64,000 bases of DNA from positions 26,908,001-26,972,000 of the forward strand of contig NC_087255.1 in NCBI RefSeq assembly GCF_037042905.1, read 5' to 3'. The notes below the pieces were generated by a model, which worked only from the letters and a program-made list of their open reading frames with translations, did not search any database and was not told where the DNA came from. Shown here piece by piece: positions 56,831-64,000 of this stretch. This DNA comes from Lytechinus pictus. Its lineage: Eukaryota. Numbering within the stretch: position 1 is the stretch's first letter; each line of letters starts with the position of its first letter. Both the position numbers and the translations under genes were made by a program.

Positions 56831-58936
56831 CCCCTGAAAAGAACGAAGATGTTCAGGCGTGCGTCGCGTAACGTTGGGGAAGAACAATACTCCAGGAAAC
56901 GAGATGGCGGCGTAAACATCGGGCAAGTATCCTCCGTCTTTTCATATTTTTCTCATTTTTTAATGAATTCTTGTTTAAAAATAAAAATCGATAGCGTAGA
57001 AATGTTGGAAATTAAGTTGTATCCCATTTACATGATTTAGGGCTAGATCTTAGACAATGTTAGAAGGAAAGTCATGAAAGTAGAAATCTCGGGGCAAGGT
57101 GTCTGGTTTTTGCCACTTGTTCACTGCAACCACCCTGCCTGTGGGGAATCTACAGGTAGGACTATGGCATGCCAATGCTGTACAGAGCACACACTTTAAA
57201 AAATCATTAAAAATCATTTTTGTTACCAAAATTACTAATTTCCATACAGTTGCAATTTATTTTTCATAAGTAACTTGGGAATAATTTTTGTATTCACTAG
57301 AGCGCTCAAAAACTTGAATTTTTGGCATATTTTTGTGTACGCCCTCTATTGATGGAAAATAATATGGCAAGAAAATTTTCATTTTTTAATCTCTATTTTT
57401 AATGAAGAAAAAATTATTTAAAGAATCAAATTTACTTAACATTAAGGGCCAAGTTGTATGACGAATAGGTGAAATGGAAACTTTCATTGTAAAAAAATCA
57501 AGCATTTGTCCCAAAGAAAAAGAGAAAATAAGCCAAACATTGCCATCCTTATTTTGCCACACATGGAGATATAACTGAGAACAAGGTTTTATCCACTCTA
57601 AGCACCAAGGCTATTAATTCCTGTGTTAAAAAAGTGAGTGCACGCGAATTAAATGTTGGACTTAAATTACTAGATCTTACCATGGAGCTCCATGACGAAA
57701 TATGTTCTTAAATTAGACTCTAGATATTACTAAATTGAAAAAATGTATAAATAGTACTCGCCTGGTCTTTTCTTGGGGTATTGAAGCCTTTTTGTCCAGA
57801 ACTTGCTCAACTTTTGCGGCAAATTTTGTCGCCATAGGGTTGTGCACATTCTCGTTTAATACTGGTTGTCACGTGACACGGCAATGTCGTTAGGCTGTTT
57901 GGCCTGTATTCAAGGCGTTCTATCCGTTATGATTTTATATTGAATGAAGCTAATTCCATCAGGTATAGGCCCCTATAAAGTCAAAATCGATACAGGGATC
58001 GAGAGGGGGGGGGGGGGGGTGGAGCCAAAAATTTCCCAGTCACATGGTATGAAAATGATATTTTTTATGATTGTCCACGATCATTAGGGCAAACCCGTGT
58101 GTGGCAGTACGGTAGCGTAATGAGTAAAAATTTGAGATAGATATCTTAACTTACACTTTTCCTTTTCTTTTCATTAATTCCCTTCATTTCTTTTTTATCT
58201 TGGTTGTAGAACTTTCGGGGGCCCCTAGGCCTAACCCTTCCATCGTGTACCCCCAGTAATGTTGTAACCCGCAAGTGAAAACCCGAACCGTACCGTCCCG
58301 TATAATCCAATAATTTGCAAGCGGGACCCGCTGACCCGTCGGGTTTTAACCCGCAAGTCAATTTATCTTTGAAAAATATTATTCCTGCAATCCCCACACT
58401 AAACAGGCTCAAATCAGGAAAATATATGCCAACTACTAACCTAGCCTAGAGTGAATTTACTTACAATTTGCAAATTCGCCTTTTATTCCGGAGAGAAAAT
58501 GTTTTTTGGGGTGACTTTGTAGAAGTTTGTACCACGAAATGGGTGGTCCGCTCTGATCTCGAAATTGAAAGCATTACGCAATTAACTCCTCTGATCGATT
58601 GGAGCCGCAGCTCCGCGCGCGCTAGCTAGCACAGGCTGCCCAGCAAAGATCGGCAATGTTGCTTTTTTAGTTTTCAGTCCAGGTCGGTCGACACGGCGAC
58701 TCACAACATTCATAATTACAATATTCAATTCTATGGGACCTCGTCTATTAAGTAATCAAAATTGAAATAAATACCAGGATAATGATACAGTCAATTTTTT
58801 CTTGTATATCTCCATATTATTTCCTTCTGTTTTTGTATTTCTTCCAATTCTTTGCAAACTAATACAAACGTGCACGAGGGCGCCCATGAACTTACCGGTA
58901 CGTAAACACTAAACAGCTCGTGTTACTAGTGCTTAG

Positions 58937-59124
58937 CTAGCTAATACCTTGGTCACATTTGCTCTACGGCGGCCGTACGGCGAGTCGAAAACAGCCGTTT
59001 TATTAATTTTAATTCAAACTAATTCAAACCACCTATATGTAGTTGGACAAATAAATGTTAAAACGGCTGTTTTCGACTCGCCGTACGGCCGCCGTAGAGC
59101 AAATGTGACCAAGGTATTAGCTAG
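58937..59124. mobile_element. Foldback MITE / long perfect inverted repeat
   Basis: 66-bp perfect arms at 58937-59002 and 59059-59124, 56-bp spacer; probable TA target. Confidence 0.85.
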
Positions 59125-59623
59125 GCTTTTATTTATTTTTATCTCGATCGATCAGTCAAGAGAGAGGTATTTGCAAGAAACTTGCAATCCATTGCAATCC
59201 AATTTTACATCTTCAGAAATCTTGAAGACTTTCAATCAATTGTACATCGGAAAAATTAAGAGATCTGGGCATTCAGAGTGCGGGGGCTTCAGTTTTCATC
59301 GGAAAATGTATGAAATAACGAAAAGGAGGGTTAGTTAGCCACTAGACCATCTTAGCATGTCTTCAAAAAAGGGCAGCTAACACTCTGACCTGACGGCACG
59401 CTCTATCAGGTCATGACCTAATTTGGTAATCCAATAAGCAAACAACTGTCTCACTGCCGTTCACCGCAAATCCCTCGCCGAGCTCAAACAGCGAGCGTTG
59501 CCGTGGAAACAGGCTCGACTCGCCCCACTCCAAGTCATATAGCATTCCTTTCTCTGCCACATGGCATTACACGTGGCCCGTCACTCGCTCCTTGCCAGAC
59601 ATGATTACGCAATGTATTCTGGC

Positions 59624-59939
59624 TTCTGTTTACATTCTCCGAACACATCCCCCCTCTCTGTCTCTCAGTTTCACTGGCCTTTCTTATCAATGATTCTGTT
59701 TACATTCTCCGAACACATCCCCCCTCTCTGTCTCTCAGTTACACTGGCCTTTCTTATCAATGATTCTGTTTATATTTTCCAAACACATCCCCTCTCACTG
59801 TCTGTCAATTTCACTGGCCTTTCTTATCAATGATTCTGTTTATATTCTCCAAACACATCCCCTCTCACTGTCTGTCAATTTCACTGGCCTTTCTTATCAA
59901 TGATTCTGTTTATATTTTCCAAACATCCCTTCTCACTGC
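59624..59939. repeat. 70-bp minisatellite, about 4.5 copies
   Basis: TTCTGTTTACATTCTCCGAACACATCCCC...TCACTGGCCTTTCTTATCAATGA repeated every 70 bp. Confidence 0.9.
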
Positions 59940-59952
59940 ACATTTTAACTTT

Positions 59953-60277
59953 AAAATGTTATAAAATGAAATAGCTTAACTTAGGAGAACATGAAAAAAA
60001 AACTTCAAAATGTTACAACTTGAAAAATAAGCTTCGTTGTGTTGTGTCCAATCATTTTTATATACAACAAAGTTACACAGCGCACTAGCGGCTAGCGCAG
60101 ACAAAATGTTTGAACTAATAACTCGAAAATGTTATAACATGAAATAACTTGACTAAGAAGGACATAATATTAGAAGGACATGTAAAAAAATAAACTTCAA
60201 AATGTTACAACTTGAAAAATGAGCTTCGTCATGTCCAATCATTTTTTGAAGATACAATAATACAACAAAGTTACACA
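59953..60277. repeat. Imperfect direct duplication of about 130-150 bp
   Basis: AACTTCAAAATGTTACAACTTGAAAAAT.AGCTTCGT...ATACAACAAAGTTACACA occurs twice. Confidence 0.7.
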
Positions 60278-60937
60278 TCGGAGAATAGTAACACATCGCA
60301 ATACAGCATGTATCTGGATGCAGAACAAGTCGGACTTTATTTACTTTCCGTCGATTGCAGTGCTGTATTCATGATGAAGACCGAGTCACAAAAATTTGAT
60401 GGATTTTAATTTCTAAGCATATGAAATTTTATGAATGGTATTTTTAAAAATATTTTCACTCTTGAGTTTTCGTTAAGATCTTATTAAATTTCATTCATTT
60501 GTATTTTGTTTTTGTTGCTGGTTTGTATAGTTAATAATAACAAAGGAATTGCATTATAGATTTTTTGAAATTCTGTTACTTAAAAGTACTCCAGGCTGAA
60601 AATGATTATAATCATCTAAATAAAGTGAATAAATCAAATCATATTATTTTCAGCCCGAAGTACCCCCTTTAAGTTTAACTGTTATATATCTAGAATCTAG
60701 AGACCCCGTTCATACCTGAAGAAATCATTCATAGTTGCTCTGATTTCCATAGAAAAATGATAATATCCTAGCTCTTTCGATAATAATCAAAGTTTAACAA
60801 AATCCATAAATTATCAGACCCTTCCCCCTACCGTACAATGAAATAGGCACACACGTCTTAGGTCTTACAACGTTAAATGTACATGTATGTCACAGATTGA
60901 TATAAATGATAACCAGGTAGTGTTCACATTTTATTTC

Positions 60938-63900
60938 TCAGTCAGCGAGATAGAGTTTATTCACTTTAATCATCGTCAGCATCTCAAGATTTTTGGGTTT
61001 CAGCGCACATCTCTTCTTAGTAAGAACGTCCCCCGCAACACTGAACATGCGCTCACTTGTGACGCTTGATGGTGGACTAGCCAGCATAGCTGCGGCGACA
61101 GGCGCAAGGTGTGGGAACGTGCCACGATGATGTGACCAATATTCCAGCGGATCGTCTGTTGGCTGTATCCGTGGCTGAGAAAGATAGAGGTCCAATTCAT
61201 TCTCAAAGGCAACGACATACGCTGGTCTTCGTGGAACCGCGGCCATCTGATCATCTGAATCGTCTGATGATGAGGAAACCATTGCTCGTGCGATAGCAGA
61301 TGACAGGCTCAGTGGAGGTGGAGGAGCCTGAGCAGGAGCTGCTCCAGGATGTTCACGCATGGGAACGTTGGGTTCATCATCCTCGTGCTCATTGTGGTTG
61401 TCGTTCGAATCCATCGGTGACGGAACTGTAATGAGGTCTCCAGCGATCTCGAGGAGTTGTGTCTTGATGGCCTCTTTCGCTCCATCCCTCCTTGGGGCAA
61501 ACTTAGCTTTATACCTGAAAAATAGCATGTAAAACAAAAATCAAATGTAAGTTTATTTATTTTAATATAATCTTTGATTGAATCACATCAATAAAAAGCT
61601 GGAACAATAATTGCCGACTTGTAAATAAAACAGTGAGATTTTTGGCCTGAAACAAATGTAAGAATTATTATTTACTCAATTAAAGGAGTGGTTTGTTTTA
61701 AAAAAAAATAAATGGCTTAGGTTTCTTCACAAAATAGAATTAAAATTAAATCGAATTGATAGGAATGTTTTAACGAATTACGAATCCATCAATATTATGT
61801 CATTGATATACTATATTTATGAAATAAAAATCAGATAATGAATTCAGTTCAACTTCATACAAATTTTATGCTTGTATAGTTTTATTATTTTATGTTACCT
61901 TGGATTCATGAATGTTGAAGCGTGGAAAGTGCGGTAGACGATGTTTGGATCTGCAACAATGTCTGGGCATGATTCTGGATCTAAAATCCACTTCATTCTC
62001 TTCTTCATTCCGTCATGAAGATCACGAAGGATGCTCCCCACACCCCTTACTCGATCACCGTCCGTTTCGAGAGCCTCAAGTTGCCTCAACATCCCCTTCA
62101 CCAACGGGACGTACGAAGACAAGTCAGCATTTGCCGATGACACTGCCAGTGTTACATCCAAGGAAGGCTGAAGCACATTTATCAGATTGGATAGCACATC
62201 AAGGGCTTCAGACCAGTGCTGGAAAAGCATCGGGCGACGGAAATCTGGATAATTCCTCATTATTCTGTCATTTGCCAGCGCTTCTACTGCGTCCCTCTGA
62301 ACGATAATGGACTTCAACATATCCAGTGTTGAATTCCAGCGTGTCTCAACATCTCTGTGTAGAGTGATAAAACGACGTTCATCTCCGATGATTTCTTTGA
62401 AACGCCTCCTCACTGGTGCAGCGTTATTGACCTTGCTGACTAGGGTGCGTAAGGCGGCAATCGTATCCTTCACTGCTCTCTGTGTCTGGAGAGCCTTTTG
62501 AGTCTCTAGATTGATGCAGTGGGCCAAGCAGGGGACCCATCCCCTGCACAGCGGTTCCAAATCGGCTCCTCCCATCAGACACTTCCGAATGTTAGCCCCG
62601 TTGTCACTAACTGCAAACATGACATTTCGGATGGGAGTGTACTCTTGAATTACTGCCTCGATGTGTGTGCGGAGGTTGACGGCCGTTGTCGCATCCTCGA
62701 AGTCGCTCAGACTAACTAGTGCTTGGCGTCTCTTGTACTAGAGTTGCGGGAGAATAAGATTAAAAAAAATGGAAATAAAATCTGAACCTGACCCGCTGAC
62801 CGACTTTATTTCAGAACATCAGAGATCAATCTTTACATTAAAAAGATACAATGTAGAAATGAAAAAAAGGGGGGGGGTAATTTTCTTTGCCCGACATAAT
62901 GCATTGAACATTATTTAGTTTACTATTATTTTGTCAATCATATATATAACGCAAACATGCAAAGAGTAAGAATAAATGACTACAACATGAAATGATCAAG
63001 TATGTCTGCCAATCGACATGATCGAGTTCAGAATTTCACATTGCACCACTTTAAAAAGGGAAAACAAAGACTGTAAACGAACGTAAAATGAAGAATTCAG
63101 TTGGGAAGTGTGTTAACATTTTCTACAGAAGGCTTCATATCATGATAATTGTAATGATGTTTAAAATGAAAATACTTCTACTAGTACTAATAAAATATAA
63201 CAATCATTGTCATTATGCCTAACATAAAGCAAATGCGCTTTGTTTGAACTCTGAACCTCTTATGGCAATTTTAGATATAATGCAAAATTTCGAATAGATC
63301 ATATTTACTTAACAGAGAACCTGGCAAATTTAATTCAAATATGTATCATTCAATATTTACTTACGGAGTTTTCATGCAGCTCCATCCAGTGGAAAGTGAC
63401 ACACATATACTCAATGCTCTGATGAGATCTCCACAAGTCTGTCGTTAGGGAGATACTTCCAGGGATCGAATTTCGTATGTCAAAGACGAGTTTCTCCCTC
63501 ATCTCATTGTAGAGGCCAGGCACCACAGTTTGGGAGAAATACGGACGAGATGGGATGTTATATCGCGGATCCAGCTTCCCAAGAAGCTGCTTGAACCCGT
63601 CGTTTTCGACTATACTGAAGGGTCTAAGATCAAAACCCATCATTTTTCCGATGGCTCTGTCTATTTCCTGCGATCTGACGCTGTCCCTCCTGTATTTCGC
63701 CCTTCTGGCGATGTTTTCCGCCAAAGTTTCTTGCACATGGCCATCTCGTGGACGAGGCCGAGGGGCCACTGGATCACGTTCACGATTGGGTGCTGCTGGT
63801 GCTACCCCGGGGTTTGCTGCTGCTTCGGCGTCGCCGGCAGCTTGTGGAACAGCAGCTTCATTACGACGTCGATGACGAGCGTAAGCGAGGCAATCCATTA

Positions 63901-64000
63901 GATGACGACGCAGGTTACTCGTCCCTCTATTTCGGCCTTCTCCGGCCTTCCTCCTAGCATTGCAATAATTGCAGTGTGTATATGCCCTATCTGCCTCGTC
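60938..64000 (-). CDS. hAT transposase with N-terminal BED zinc finger (ZBED/Ac-like), 5'-partial, 3 exons
   Basis: complement join(63365->64000,61899-62737,60938-61514); CNYC...GTSNLRRHLMDC, SLTTDLW, VSDNGAN, CLAH, TRWNS, SVTSERMFS; phases 0 and 2 consistent, no stops. Confidence 0.92.

Larger units (their letters stand above)
58257..64000 (-). mobile_element. Autonomous-looking hAT (Ac-group) transposon, other end beyond the window
   Basis: Candidate terminus TAATGTTGTAACCCG followed by clustered ACCCG subterminal motifs (58257-58360); intact transposase. Confidence 0.7.

Noticed and set aside
57761-57835. ATG exon MATKFAAKVEQVLDKK... with a GC donor as candidate WDR36 exon 1
   Set aside because: No resemblance to the conserved WDR36 N-terminus (FRALG...VGKSFHTY) and wrong phase (2 versus 0); it lies in probable transposon sequence.
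58467-58576. Possible minus-strand exon ending in gtaagt
   Set aside because: No recognisable protein similarity, inside the hAT terminal region, and phase incompatible with WDR36 exon 2.
59624-59939. Regularly spaced repeats resembling a CRISPR array
   Set aside because: Whole units repeat with no unique spacers; eukaryotic context and no cas genes.

Overview
AT-rich, intron-rich animal genomic DNA. The repeat families and the SRCR receptor suggest a marine deuterostome, probably a sea urchin (inference). One assembly gap lies at 21820-22023. Three host genes are on the minus strand. (1) A signal-peptide first exon (830-881) of a gene running off the left edge. (2) A complete 7-exon, 525-aa type I membrane receptor (signal peptide-SRCR-EGF-CCP/Sushi-TM-long Pro/Ser/Thr cytoplasmic tail with YxxM motifs) at 8740-17658. 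(3) WDR36/UTP21, 21 coding exons at 23861-52978, with exon 1 not found and probably beyond the right edge. WDR36 introns hold an intact Gmr1-type Gypsy LTR retrotransposon (PR-INT-RT-RH order, identical LTRs) nested in a tandem-repeat-bearing Helentron-like element, itself nested in a MITE. They also hold an apparently intact spliced hAT/BED transposase in the same orientation as WDR36, a decayed DDE transposase, and many MITEs and SINEs. The most unusual signal is a set of CWG-target MITEs interacting with splice sites: one sits exactly in a WDR36 CAG acceptor, and another has a perfect introner-like CAG|GT...CAG layout.
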